In this document: positions 40,906-49,758 of the stretch, one piece after another | How positions within the stretch are numbered: position 1 is the stretch's first letter | Layout: every line of letters begins with the position of its first letter | Virus record (IMG/VR): IMGVR_UViG_3300005200_000008 | Location: 25,931 to 89,930 of that record | Reading direction: 5' to 3' (one strand) | From: a virus | Taxonomy: Duplodnaviria > Caudoviricetes | DNA length: 64,000 nucleotides | Position numbers and translations under genes: made by a program | The notes under the pieces: model-generated | Told to the model about the DNA's origin: nothing | Database searches by the model: none | Seen by the model: only the letters and a program-made list of their open reading frames with translations

Positions 40906-41538
40906 TTATAATTTTCCTAATTTTCGTCTGATTCTTAATGAAATTCTTCCGAAACCCCGATTTCTTGATCCAGTAGTAGATAATTGACTATTACAGTTTG
41001 GACAAACTAATCTTAAATTACTATGAAGGTGGTTTCTCCAATTTCCATCAATATGATCGAGAATAAAACCTAATGTTTTATTATTCCATAAATTTGAAAT
41101 ACCGCATATTGAACAGGAATAATTTTGTTCTTCTAAAATAGCTTTTTTAAAAAGACCTTTATATACCATATTTAATTCTTCATTTTCATAACTTACTTCT
41201 TTTGATACATCACTTCCTGATTTCCAACGTTTTAAAATATCGTTGTATTTGCTTAATTTTTTGTCTTTTTTAATTTTAATACATGATGAGCATAATTGTT
41301 GATTTCTGTTAGCTTCTCTTGTTTTTAATAAATTTCCACAAGAACAGTATTTGGGTTTATATGCTGGATTTTTTAATTGAATAAATTCAAGGCGTTTATC
41401 ATTAGCCCACGATTTTTGAAGATCGATTCTTTTATTTGCACATGATCTTGAACAAAATTGTGGTGTCTTTTTTCGTAATTTTCTAGACTTTCTATAATCG
41501 TCAGTAAATTCTTTTCCACAACATTTACAGATAAACAT
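40906..41538 (-). CDS. HNH endonuclease
   Basis: CSICG...LDHIDGNWRNH...NLRLVCPNCNSQ. Confidence 0.9.
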   Translation of the reverse strand: MFICKCCGKEFTDDYRKSRKLRKKTPQFCSRSCANKRIDLQKSWANDKRLEFIQLKNPAYKPKYCSCGNLLKTREANRNQQLCSSCIKIKKDKKLSKYNDILKRWKSGSDVSKEVSYENEELNMVYKGLFKKAILEEQNYSCSICGISNLWNNKTLGFILDHIDGNWRNHLHSNLRLVCPNCNSQLSTTGSRNRGFGRISLRIRRKLGKL

Positions 41539-41584
41539 TATTTGTCTCTATAAATGACTTCCGAATTGATTAATATTTATTCAA

Positions 41585-41657
41585 TGCCAGAGATGGGAAT
41601 CGCACCCATGACAAACGGATTTTCAATCCGTTGCTCTACTAGCTGAGCTACCCCGGC
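41585..41657 (-). tRNA. tRNA-Phe(GAA)
   Basis: GCCGGGG/CTCTGGC acceptor, ACGGA-TTGAAAA-TCCGT. Confidence 0.9.
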
Positions 41658-41662
41658 GAATC

Positions 41663-41733
41663 TGAGCATAGATGGACTCGAACCATCCTGAGTGGATTAA
41701 AAGTCCACGGCAGAACCTCTCTGCAATATGCTC
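41663..41733 (-). tRNA. tRNA-Lys(TTT)
   Basis: GAGCATA/TATGCTC acceptor, GTGGA-CTTTTAA-TCCAC. Confidence 0.88.
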
Positions 41734-41739
41734 ATTCTA

Positions 41740-41826
41740 CGGAACCGACAGGAATCGAACCTGCGAGTCGTATCCCTACGAACTACGGTTTTCGAGACCG
41801 TTTCCCATGCCAACTGGGTCAGTTCC
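41740..41826 (-). tRNA. tRNA-Ser(CGA)
   Basis: ACGGT-CTCGAAA-ACCGT, long variable arm, G73. Confidence 0.9.
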
Positions 41827-41833
41827 ATTAAGA

Positions 41834-41915
41834 CGGAAGGGGTGGGTTCCGACCCCACGCGCCCGAAAGCGACGGTTTAGCAAACCGCCCGTTTTGCCAA
41901 TTCACGCACCCTTCC
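41834..41915 (-). tRNA. tRNA-Ser(GCT)
   Basis: GCGGT-TTGCTAA-ACCGT, long variable arm, G73. Confidence 0.85.
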
Positions 41916-41925
41916 AAAAAAGCAT

Positions 41926-41959
41926 AAAAAAGGCGATAAACCGATGAGGTCTATCGCCT
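41926..41959 (-). terminator. attenuator terminator upstream of tRNA-Ser/Ser/Lys/Phe
   Basis: AGGCGATAGACC-TCATC-GGTTTATCGCCT-TTTTT. Confidence 0.85.
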
Positions 41960-41988
41960 AAAATTACATACCTAATTCTTATGTATGC

Positions 41989-42078
41989 TTAGACGACACC
42001 TCCGTTGAAATCGCTATGATCGCAACTAAACGATTTGGGTGAGAAGAATGAAGGTTTGGACGGCTTCAAAACATACAT
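41989..42078 (-). CDS. Ser/Lys/Phe-rich leader peptide (29 aa)
   Basis: MYVLKPSKPSFFSPKSFSCDHSDFNGGVV-stop; ATG 6 nt after the -10 box. Confidence 0.75.
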   Translation of the reverse strand: MYVLKPSKPSFFSPKSFSCDHSDFNGGVV

Positions 42079-42084
42079 AATCAT

Positions 42085-42113
42085 ATTGTCTCAAAAAATA
42101 CTTTTTTTGTCAA
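42085..42113 (-). promoter_or_regulatory. sigma70 promoter for leader A
   Basis: TTGACA-17 bp-GACAAT (TGn-extended). Confidence 0.7.
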
Positions 42114-42139
42114 GAGTATTTTTGAATAATTTTTAAAAA

Positions 42140-42225
42140 TGGGCAGGGAGGGATTCGAACCCCCATGTTTAGCACGCGGCAACTGATTTACAGTCAGCCC
42201 CCTTCACCAATTTGGATACCTGCCC
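42140..42225 (-). tRNA. tRNA-Tyr(GTA)
   Basis: GGGCAGG/CCTGCCC, GCTGA-CTGTAAA-TCAGT, long variable arm. Confidence 0.9.
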
Positions 42226-42229
42226 GTTG

Positions 42230-42302
42230 CTCCCGCAGAGGGACTTGAACCCCCAACCAACGGATTAACAATCCGCTGCTCTGCCGATTGAGCTACACGG
42301 GA
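42230..42302 (-). tRNA. tRNA-Asn(GTT)
   Basis: TCCCGTG/TGCGGGA, GCGGA-TTGTTAA-TCCGT. Confidence 0.9.
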
Positions 42303-42310
42303 ATAAAAAT

Positions 42311-42383
42311 AGCGGGAGGGGAAATCGAATCCTCAACATGACACTTTTGAGGTGTCCCTCTCTTCCAGATTGGAGTATCCCGC
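42311..42383 (-). tRNA. atypical tRNA with CAA anticodon (Leu by anticodon; short variable loop)
   Basis: GACAC-CTCAAAA-GTGTC; 6-bp acceptor GCGGGA/TCCCGC, U discriminator, irregular T stem. Confidence 0.55.
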
Positions 42384-42389
42384 CATATA

Positions 42390-42471
42390 TGCACAAGAGA
42401 GGACTTGCACCTCCACGCCCGAAGGCATTAGTTTCTAAGACTAACGCGGCTCCTAATTACGCCACTTGTGC
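42390..42471 (-). tRNA. tRNA-Leu(TAG)
   Basis: GCACAAG/CTTGTGC, TTAGT-CTTAGAA-ACTAA, long variable arm, A73. Confidence 0.9.
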
Positions 42472-42494
42472 TTAAAATCAACATTTTGGCAAAT

Positions 42495-42530
42495 AAAAAA
42501 GGCGGTTGCCCTTTATAGAGGACAACCGCC
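42495..42530 (-). terminator. attenuator terminator upstream of tRNA-Leu/Leu/Asn/Tyr
   Basis: GGCGGTTGTCC...GGGCAACCGCC-TTTTTT. Confidence 0.85.
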
Positions 42531-42559
42531 TTTTCATCCGGCTATGGATTATACCGAAT

Positions 42560-42640
42560 TCAGACTTGTCCCCTAAAATGGTAATAATAATTACCGAGGT
42601 TGAGGAATAATGAATTCAGGCACAAAACTTTCCGTTTCAT
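42560..42640 (-). CDS. Leu/Asn/Tyr-rich leader peptide (26 aa)
   Basis: MKRKVLCLNSLFLNLGNYYYHFRGQV-stop; ATG 6 nt after the -10 box. Confidence 0.75.
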   Translation of the reverse strand: MKRKVLCLNSLFLNLGNYYYHFRGQV

Positions 42641-42646
42641 ATTGCT

Positions 42647-42675
42647 ATAATACTAAAATTATAATTGTTTGTCAA
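42647..42675 (-). promoter_or_regulatory. sigma70 promoter for leader B
   Basis: TTGACA-17 bp-TATTAT. Confidence 0.75.
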
Positions 42676-42820
42676 GTGTCTTATTTAATATTTTTATTTT
42701 TTTTCAAAAAAACCTATTTTAACGATCCTCCTTTTTGTCAACGGCATTTCCGGGCAGGGTGCCGTTGACGCTTTTATTATAAAACCGGAAGTCCTTTATT
42801 ATAGGGAGGGTTGTATTTTT

Positions 42821-43495
42821 ATGAAGTTATTTACAGTTTTATTATGCTTTTTTACATTGCTGGTTACCTCATATTCTTTTTACAGTTCTGAAATTGTTTT
42901 ACCTTTTAAATTTGCTTGCGAACTGGAAAATATGACAGTTGTCGAGGATAAGCTTCTGTCCGTTAATTCCGATTTTATTGACGAAGGGTACGATTTGGAC
43001 GGCATTGTTTTATATATTAAAGAACAGTGCCACTTGGTAGGCGTAAATTACTCTTTTGCCGTTGCTTTACTGCGGGAAGAAAATTCTGCATTTTTCGGAT
43101 TGCTTGAAGGCGGGACAGTTTGCGAATATGCGTTTGAAACGTGCCACAACAATCTTGATAATGCTTCGGAAGTTGCTTCCCGCGATCTTGGCTTGTGGCA
43201 GTTAAATGACAGTTATTTGTGGGATGATTTTGTTCCAAGGCATTGGCACGGTAAAACCGATTTCGATTGGAAAAATCCGTATCATAGCACGTATGTAGCC
43301 GTTCGTCATATTAATTGGCTGTATAACGTAATTCAAGACAACTGGATTGCAAAAGGAATTCCGCAGTTTCAAAATACGTTGTATTGGGAAACGGCGATTG
43401 CTTACAATGCCGGCGTTACAAGAGTTTTAAACAAAGATATTCCTGCTTCCGCTTTAGATTACGCTTCCCGTGTCATGGAAAAGTTTTTTGAATAA
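42821..43495 (+). CDS. SLT-type lytic transglycosylase
   Basis: ALLREEN catalytic Glu, DLGLWQLN, NPY, AIAYNAG; N-terminal hydrophobic segment. Confidence 0.8.
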   Translation: MKLFTVLLCFFTLLVTSYSFYSSEIVLPFKFACELENMTVVEDKLLSVNSDFIDEGYDLDGIVLYIKEQCHLVGVNYSFAVALLREENSAFFGLLEGGTVCEYAFETCHNNLDNASEVASRDLGLWQLNDSYLWDDFVPRHWHGKTDFDWKNPYHSTYVAVRHINWLYNVIQDNWIAKGIPQFQNTLYWETAIAYNAGVTRVLNKDIPASALDYASRVMEKFFE

Positions 43496-43506
43496 CCTAT
43501 TTCCCT

Positions 43507-44010
43507 ATGGGGATGTACGATAAGATCAACGGCTCTCAGGTCGGCGTTCAGAGAAAGCTTTTTGATTATTCTGTCCAGACTAACGGGCGAACGGTCGAAA
43601 TGACGCGCATAAGCGTTGATTCGGACATATGGGGGAATGAAGACCGTACCCCTCTTTCCCAGGATGTAATTACCGCCGTAGTGCATTTCCCGCCCGGGGA
43701 ACTTCCAATCCTGCGGTTTCGTGAAGCGGGATCGGAATCAGTGGCAAATTCTTCCTTGTTTTTTTATGACGTTCTCCCTGTCGAAGTATATTTTCAATTC
43801 AAAGACAGGGTGGAAAAGGATGATATTTTTTATTTTACCGTTGATGACGAGACTGATAAAAAACTGCCGATTATCCTTAAAGTCGCTGAATTGGCCGGCG
43901 CTGTCACTACCGCTGTAATTTGGAAAAAATATTTATGTACGCCCGTCACCGGTTTGCATGAATTGGAAAAAGAAGTTGCCGACAGGGTATTGGAAAAAAT
44001 AAAGACATGA
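43507..44010 (+). CDS. putative head-tail joining/neck protein
   Basis: position at the start of the structural operon. Confidence 0.35.
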   Translation: MGMYDKINGSQVGVQRKLFDYSVQTNGRTVEMTRISVDSDIWGNEDRTPLSQDVITAVVHFPPGELPILRFREAGSESVANSSLFFYDVLPVEVYFQFKDRVEKDDIFYFTVDDETDKKLPIILKVAELAGAVTTAVIWKKYLCTPVTGLHELEKEVADRVLEKIKT

Positions 44011-44957
44011 GAAACGAACGCGCAGTTAGATTAAAAAAACTTCTCCAACTCGATAATCTTCCCCGCGTGTATTTTGCGAGAGTGATTGGGATTGCGGCAT
44101 ATACTATTTATTTTATTTTTTATGACACGAAAAGACCGTATGTAAATATAACGACCGCCGAGGCGCATAAGAAAGAATTTCCCGCCGTTACGCCGTTTAA
44201 CGGAACCGATAGGCTGTCGCTTACCATTCTCAGGCCGATTGAGGAATTCCACGGCATTTTCGCAGGTTCGATTTTCGTGCGGGTTGATATGAGTGGCAGA
44301 TTCGGCAATACCCGCCAGTATTACCGGGAGCGGCGCGGGATCGCGTTAATTGAAGACATGACGCTTAAAGACTTCAAAAGCGCGGCGGCAATTTCGGCGT
44401 TTACTCAGCGCCATCGGCGAATAAGAAAAGCGTATCTTACCGGAAACCAGATAAAGTATACGAGGCTGGTAAACTGCCTGATTGATCAGCAGGAGGATTG
44501 GGTTCTGTTTGAATTCCTGTCAATCGCAACGCCGAATACCATTCAGAAAAAAGAAGCAGACCCGTTTGCCAATTTTTCTCTTAAATATGACCCTTCAAAA
44601 TTATATGAACTGAAAATAAGGCTTGACGGTTTTTTTACGTGGCTTTTGGGAACGTTGCCGGAAGGCCAGGCCGTGGCAAAGAAGGATTTGCTGGACGCGA
44701 TGAATATTTGTGCCATTAAAGTATGGAGTTCAAGTCCCGCGTTTCATTGGCAGGGGCATAATTACAATATATCTCAACTTGGGGCGGCGCTTTATCCGAC
44801 GAATATCGCGCCGAAGCTCTGGAACCAGCCGCATTTGCATGGCGAAGACGCTTTTCTCGATAAACATCTGGCAAACCTATTTATGAGTATAGATTTTTAC
44901 GCGCAGCAAATGGCTCAGGCTCTTAATAAGAAGCTTAAAGCCAACCATATTATTTAA
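44007..44957 (+). CDS. hypothetical virion morphogenesis protein
   Basis: 316-aa ORF in structural operon. Confidence 0.4.
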   Translation: MRNERAVRLKKLLQLDNLPRVYFARVIGIAAYTIYFIFYDTKRPYVNITTAEAHKKEFPAVTPFNGTDRLSLTILRPIEEFHGIFAGSIFVRVDMSGRFGNTRQYYRERRGIALIEDMTLKDFKSAAAISAFTQRHRRIRKAYLTGNQIKYTRLVNCLIDQQEDWVLFEFLSIATPNTIQKKEADPFANFSLKYDPSKLYELKIRLDGFFTWLLGTLPEGQAVAKKDLLDAMNICAIKVWSSSPAFHWQGHNYNISQLGAALYPTNIAPKLWNQPHLHGEDAFLDKHLANLFMSIDFYAQQMAQALNKKLKANHII

Positions 44958-45367
44958 GGAGAAGCCAAATGGTATACGCTTATCGTTCAAAAAACACGAG
45001 TGATCAGGGCAGGGTTATTGAAGGGTTCGGCATACGGCGAACATGGCAGTATTCGTCTGACCCGAAAGTGAAGGTTCTTTCAAAGTGGTCTCCCAAGGTC
45101 GTTCTTTTGGAAGCTAACGACATTACTTCGTTGAAAGCGTTAATCAACAAGTATGAGAAGGAAACCAAAGGAGAACCCGCAGGGGAATCCCCCGACTCGT
45201 CTGGGCAGCCCGGTTCTGGCGAAAGGGTGCTGCAAACCAAACTTAACGCCATGAATTTGTCGGAATTAAAACAGTTTGCTAAGGAAAAGGGGCTTCCCGA
45301 AGCGGAGTACAGCGCCTATACCCGGTCGAAACTTATCGAATATCTGCTTTTGGCGGTGAATGAGTAA

Positions 45368-46183
45368 ATGGATGACGTTTTCAAAGTCAAGGGAAACCCG
45401 TTTTACAAAAAAACATTTTATTCAACGCTTTTTTCGACCAATATTGCCGTTTACCGTCATTTGGCCGAGACCGTTTTTGACGGTGACCTCAACCGTATAG
45501 TATGGGCTTCCAACGAGAGAACTTTTAGAAAACGTCAGGAACAGGTTACAAAACGCAATGATGCCTTTATCGGCACTTTGGATTTGCCTTACTGCTCTTT
45601 CCGGCTTGCCCAAGACGGTATTGAAGGTAAAGCTCAAAACCGCCAATGGTTTAACCAAGCGTTGAACGTCGAGGGCGAATGGACTGAGGAACTTGGGCGA
45701 AAAGTCAGGCTTACACCCGCGCAGTTGCGGTATGAAGGCGTTGTCTGCTTGCAGCATGATACCGATGTGTATTGGCTGCAACAGCTTTTATTGTGGCAGT
45801 CCAGTAATGAAATAATTCTCAAACCGACGTTGGAAACGACGGGCGATGACGGAAAGCCCCGTGAAATTCAAAATATTGCGATACTTACCCTTACCCCCCA
45901 CATGAATACCCGTTTCTCAGAAGTGGATTGGATGCAGAACAATAAAATACAGGCAATCGATATGGATATCCAGATTGATACTTACCTTCTTATGGATAAC
46001 AGAGCCGGCTACTGGCTCACAAAATCCTCCATGCTTAAATTTGCCGAAGACACCCTGCCTCAGTTCGGCGTTCGCAGAAACAAGGACGGCACTACCGAAG
46101 ATTTGGGAGTTATCGACAATTCCGCTCTCGAAAACGAAGACCTTGAAGAAATAATCAAAACCGAGATTTTCAACGATTCCTAG
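45368..46183 (+). CDS. putative tail completion protein
   Basis: immediately upstream of tail sheath gene. Confidence 0.4.
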   Translation: MDDVFKVKGNPFYKKTFYSTLFSTNIAVYRHLAETVFDGDLNRIVWASNERTFRKRQEQVTKRNDAFIGTLDLPYCSFRLAQDGIEGKAQNRQWFNQALNVEGEWTEELGRKVRLTPAQLRYEGVVCLQHDTDVYWLQQLLLWQSSNEIILKPTLETTGDDGKPREIQNIAILTLTPHMNTRFSEVDWMQNNKIQAIDMDIQIDTYLLMDNRAGYWLTKSSMLKFAEDTLPQFGVRRNKDGTTEDLGVIDNSALENEDLEEIIKTEIFNDS

Positions 46184-46237
46184 TTTTTCATAATCGCTCC
46201 CCTATTTTTCTATGACTGCTTTATAAGGGGAAAAATT

Positions 46238-48070
46238 ATGGATTCCTGGAGAATAATTGTAAATCTTATTAATCGCTCAAACAGTATTAAAAGCCCTCCT
46301 CCTAGCGGTATGGGGGCTTTGGTCATTCCCGCCGTTCGCGGCAAAGGAAAGCCGGTAAAAATTCACAAAGGACAGACATCGAGAATTTTACAGCTTTACG
46401 GAAGTGAAACTTACCATGTGCTTGAAGCAATCGCCTATAACGACAAATACCCGCTTTGGATTTGCGCTCCGCATAAAAACGGTATTTTCAGCGCACTGCT
46501 TCTGACTAATGACGGCCTCGCGCCGATTACCGTCCTGAGCGATGATGTCGATTTCACGGCGCTGCTTACGTCTGCGTCAATGGGCAAAGGGCAGGACGGC
46601 GTGAAGATGTACGCGGTAACGCTTCCTTACGCCGACAAACTGACGAAGGCGCGTAGGCTGTCTTTAATGGTCGGCGGCGTGATGAACGAATTAACCGTTA
46701 GCGATAGCGGCGATCCCGACGTGCTTAACGTAGTGTGTCCTCTCGGCACCGGCACCCTCAATACCGATACCGGCCAGTTGGAATTTGAATTTACTAACGA
46801 ACCCGGCGTTGGAATTCCCATTTATACCCGGTACGAGGTGGATATTTCCGGCATTGCCTATGCCGTTTTCGGCATGGCGTTTCCGTGCGAAGACTTCCTC
46901 GGTTTTTCGGTCAACAAAACGGAAAAAGGAAACAACCTGAGCATCTCCCTTGCCGAAAAGAGCAACGGCGTTTATTCAAGATTGCCTAACTTCCCGATGG
47001 AAGTGTCTTTGAAGAAGGGAATGAAGAACGATGCCGGCAAAGTAATTTTTATCGGCGAAATGCTGAAAGATCACGATTTGATTTTTGCGAAAGTCAATGC
47101 CAAGAAACCTTTCGATATTTCGCTATGGGATGCCGGGGAAACCGCTTATACCGACTTTACTGGCGGCAACAGGGGCGATGAAGTTACCGGCGTTGAATTG
47201 ACGAAAGGCTGGATGGAATTCAAATCCTTGCGTAAATATCCCGCCGACATTTATTTCGATACGACAGGCGAGCAGGCTGTTAAAGCCGCGATGATCGCGC
47301 TCCGCAACGGGCCGATACCGTATAAACGGTTCCTTGCTCCGGTTGCGGTAGGATTCCCCAACGTGGACGACGTTCTGGCGATAGAAGGCTTGCCTTCAAA
47401 CCGTGGTTTGAGCGTGTTCTGGGGAGCCGCTTATATACAGAACCCGTATGCTCCTACTGGCGATTTGCTGTCTACGCTTATGGGCGAAGTCGCCGCCAAA
47501 TTTGCCGATGCCTTGGTGTTCTCTTATGGCGGCCGCGCCGTTTCGTGGAGTGATGAAAACAATGTCGGCGGCCAGTTGACTGGTGGCCGTATTATTTCGT
47601 TCCTATATGACGCAGATCCCGTGACGGAACTGAAAGACATGGACAAGAAACGGATTAACCCGATTGTCCAGCACGAATTATTCGGCCCGATGATCGCTTC
47701 GCGGCGCACTACCGACACGTCGGAAAGCGATTATTCGTATACCGACTATTCGGCTATCGTGGACTACTGCGTGGAACGCCTGGTCAACGAAGTCCTTCCG
47801 TATCAGATCACCAAATTTAACGACGATATTCATCGCGCAGACGTCGCTACCCGTTCCGAACTTATCATCAAACCGCTTACCGTGCCGCCTAACAACGTAA
47901 TCAGGGAGTACGCCATTAAATGTGATGCGGAAAACAATGATGACGAGGTAATGGCCCGTCAGGAATTCATTCTTACGGTCGGCATCAAGGTTACCCCGAA
48001 ATCCGAGATGGTCATTCTTAACTTCATCAACGCGGGTCAGACAATGCGCGTTGAGGAACTGGTGAAATAA
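46238..48070 (+). CDS. tail sheath protein
   Basis: 610 aa, C-terminal INPIV...CDAENN...QEF...VGIKVTP-SE-VILNF sheath-type motifs. Confidence 0.75.
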   Translation: MDSWRIIVNLINRSNSIKSPPPSGMGALVIPAVRGKGKPVKIHKGQTSRILQLYGSETYHVLEAIAYNDKYPLWICAPHKNGIFSALLLTNDGLAPITVLSDDVDFTALLTSASMGKGQDGVKMYAVTLPYADKLTKARRLSLMVGGVMNELTVSDSGDPDVLNVVCPLGTGTLNTDTGQLEFEFTNEPGVGIPIYTRYEVDISGIAYAVFGMAFPCEDFLGFSVNKTEKGNNLSISLAEKSNGVYSRLPNFPMEVSLKKGMKNDAGKVIFIGEMLKDHDLIFAKVNAKKPFDISLWDAGETAYTDFTGGNRGDEVTGVELTKGWMEFKSLRKYPADIYFDTTGEQAVKAAMIALRNGPIPYKRFLAPVAVGFPNVDDVLAIEGLPSNRGLSVFWGAAYIQNPYAPTGDLLSTLMGEVAAKFADALVFSYGGRAVSWSDENNVGGQLTGGRIISFLYDADPVTELKDMDKKRINPIVQHELFGPMIASRRTTDTSESDYSYTDYSAIVDYCVERLVNEVLPYQITKFNDDIHRADVATRSELIIKPLTVPPNNVIREYAIKCDAENNDDEVMARQEFILTVGIKVTPKSEMVILNFINAGQTMRVEELVK

Positions 48071-48081
48071 GGAGTATTCAA

Positions 48082-48606
48082 ATGATTGAAAGCGTTTACA
48101 AACAGGGTGACGATGCCTTACAGAATATGGCTGAACTTCAATTCCCCGTATTCAATCTATTCGGCTTGGCTGATCCTCTTAAATTCCGTACAACCCAGAT
48201 CAGCATTCCCGAATATACGGTCGGTATGTACGAAGTCCACTGGAAGACCCAAAAGTTCGAGAAGCCTTCCGGCAAAGACGAATCGCCTAAAAACATGACG
48301 TTCACTTTCCGTATAGACAAATACTATACGGTTTACAAAGCGCTCATGGCGTGGTGGCAGTTTATCTGTAACTCCGATTCGGGGGCGATGGCCGAAGACG
48401 TTGGAGCCGTTACCGGAACGTCGAACATACGGTGCGATTTCCAAGTGCGGTGCGTTGACAGTAACAACGTAACCACGACCGAAGGCTGGAAATTTATCGG
48501 CGCGTGGATCAAAGGCATTCAGGGCGTTGAATTTGACCAGACGACCGGCGATCCTATCATGTGCCAGGTAACAATGTCCTACGTTAAAGCTGTGCCGCAG
48601 TTTTAA
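48082..48606 (+). CDS. tail tube protein
   Basis: 174 aa after sheath, WWQF, GAW...VEFD...VTMSY tube-like pattern. Confidence 0.7.
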   Translation: MIESVYKQGDDALQNMAELQFPVFNLFGLADPLKFRTTQISIPEYTVGMYEVHWKTQKFEKPSGKDESPKNMTFTFRIDKYYTVYKALMAWWQFICNSDSGAMAEDVGAVTGTSNIRCDFQVRCVDSNNVTTTEGWKFIGAWIKGIQGVEFDQTTGDPIMCQVTMSYVKAVPQF

Positions 48607-48617
48607 TCTTAAAAATA

Positions 48618-48645
48618 AGGCTCCCTTCGCGGGGAGCCTATTTTT
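48618..48645 (+). terminator. intrinsic terminator
   Basis: AGGCTCCC-TTCGCG-GGGAGCCT-ATTTTT. Confidence 0.65.
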
Positions 48646-48651
48646 GTATAT

Positions 48652-49737
48652 ATGTCGATTGATGCCGTTTTCAAAGATACGAATATAGCCCTCAAAACTC
48701 TATGGGAAGCGGTCTTGCTTGATCAGGACGGCGGGGAGATTGCGTGGACGAAGCCGCTTATAACGGCGGTATCTACGCCGAGGCTGAAACTTACTTTGAA
48801 CCCGGTTGACGGCGGCGCCAACAAAGCATATGTCGGTTACGAACTTCCCGACAACATATCTCTCACCATGTATGAAACGGCAGACCGGAAAGTCGAGAAG
48901 TATTTAGACGGCTGGATGTTCGGCCCTAACGGTGTATTTAACAAAGAAACGGGGCAGTTCAGAAAACGCGATAAGACGAAGGTAACCAATATTTACCGGG
49001 GGTTGAAATTTATCACTACCGTTTGGACTAACGATACTTCCGGCAAGGATACCGGCGTAGGGTTGCAGGAAAACAATCAGGAGATAAAGGATGTCGGTTT
49101 AGAGTTACAAGAAAACAATCAGGAAATACAGGAAATAATCATAAAAAAAGTAGAGAAAATAGCAGGAAGGATTCTTAATTTTAAAGAAATTGAAGAAGTC
49201 GGAATTTATACCGGGAATATATTGAACAGCCCCGCAGGAATGCAGGCGCGTATTTTAAAAATACAGCAGATACTTCCGCAATTAACCGCTATCGCTGCGC
49301 AGGCGGCTAATCAGGTTCTTGGTATTGTCCCCGGTATGTTCATGCCGAGGGTTGTTATACCGCCTCCGTTAATAGTGGTTCCTGCTGTTAAACCGAAAAT
49401 AATTGCACCGAAAATATCTACGCGAACCGAACGTTCCGCAATATCTTCAAAAATAGATGAAGAACAGATTTCTTTGCGTAAACAGGTGAGTACGTCTAAA
49501 GGAAATTCAAAACAATCTTTGTCGGAAGCAAGTACGTCTAAAGAAAATTCAAAACAAGCCTTGCCGGAAGGAAGCAAGATAAAAACTTACGAACATAAAG
49601 AGAAACGTGTGTCTGTTACAACGTATACCTGTGCTATAGAGGGTTACGAGCCGTCGTCTTACGACTATGAAAGCGGAGGGGCTGTGACTTATACGGTCAA
49701 CCTTTCGACGCTGAATTATAGAACTGCTTACAGTTAG
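48652..49737 (+). CDS. tube-like/baseplate protein with low-complexity insert
   Basis: tube-like N- and C-terminal ends around duplicated LQENNQEI and STSK.NSKQ repeats. Confidence 0.4.
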   Translation: MSIDAVFKDTNIALKTLWEAVLLDQDGGEIAWTKPLITAVSTPRLKLTLNPVDGGANKAYVGYELPDNISLTMYETADRKVEKYLDGWMFGPNGVFNKETGQFRKRDKTKVTNIYRGLKFITTVWTNDTSGKDTGVGLQENNQEIKDVGLELQENNQEIQEIIIKKVEKIAGRILNFKEIEEVGIYTGNILNSPAGMQARILKIQQILPQLTAIAAQAANQVLGIVPGMFMPRVVIPPPLIVVPAVKPKIIAPKISTRTERSAISSKIDEEQISLRKQVSTSKGNSKQSLSEASTSKENSKQALPEGSKIKTYEHKEKRVSVTTYTCAIEGYEPSSYDYESGGAVTYTVNLSTLNYRTAYS

Positions 49738-49758
49738 AAAATTTTAGGGAGGATTGTT

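Noticed and set aside
48652-49737. Internal peptide duplications (LQENNQEI, STSK.NSKQ) as a mobile or variable element
   Set aside because: Short in-frame tandem duplications in a low-complexity linker; nothing suggests a dedicated mechanism.
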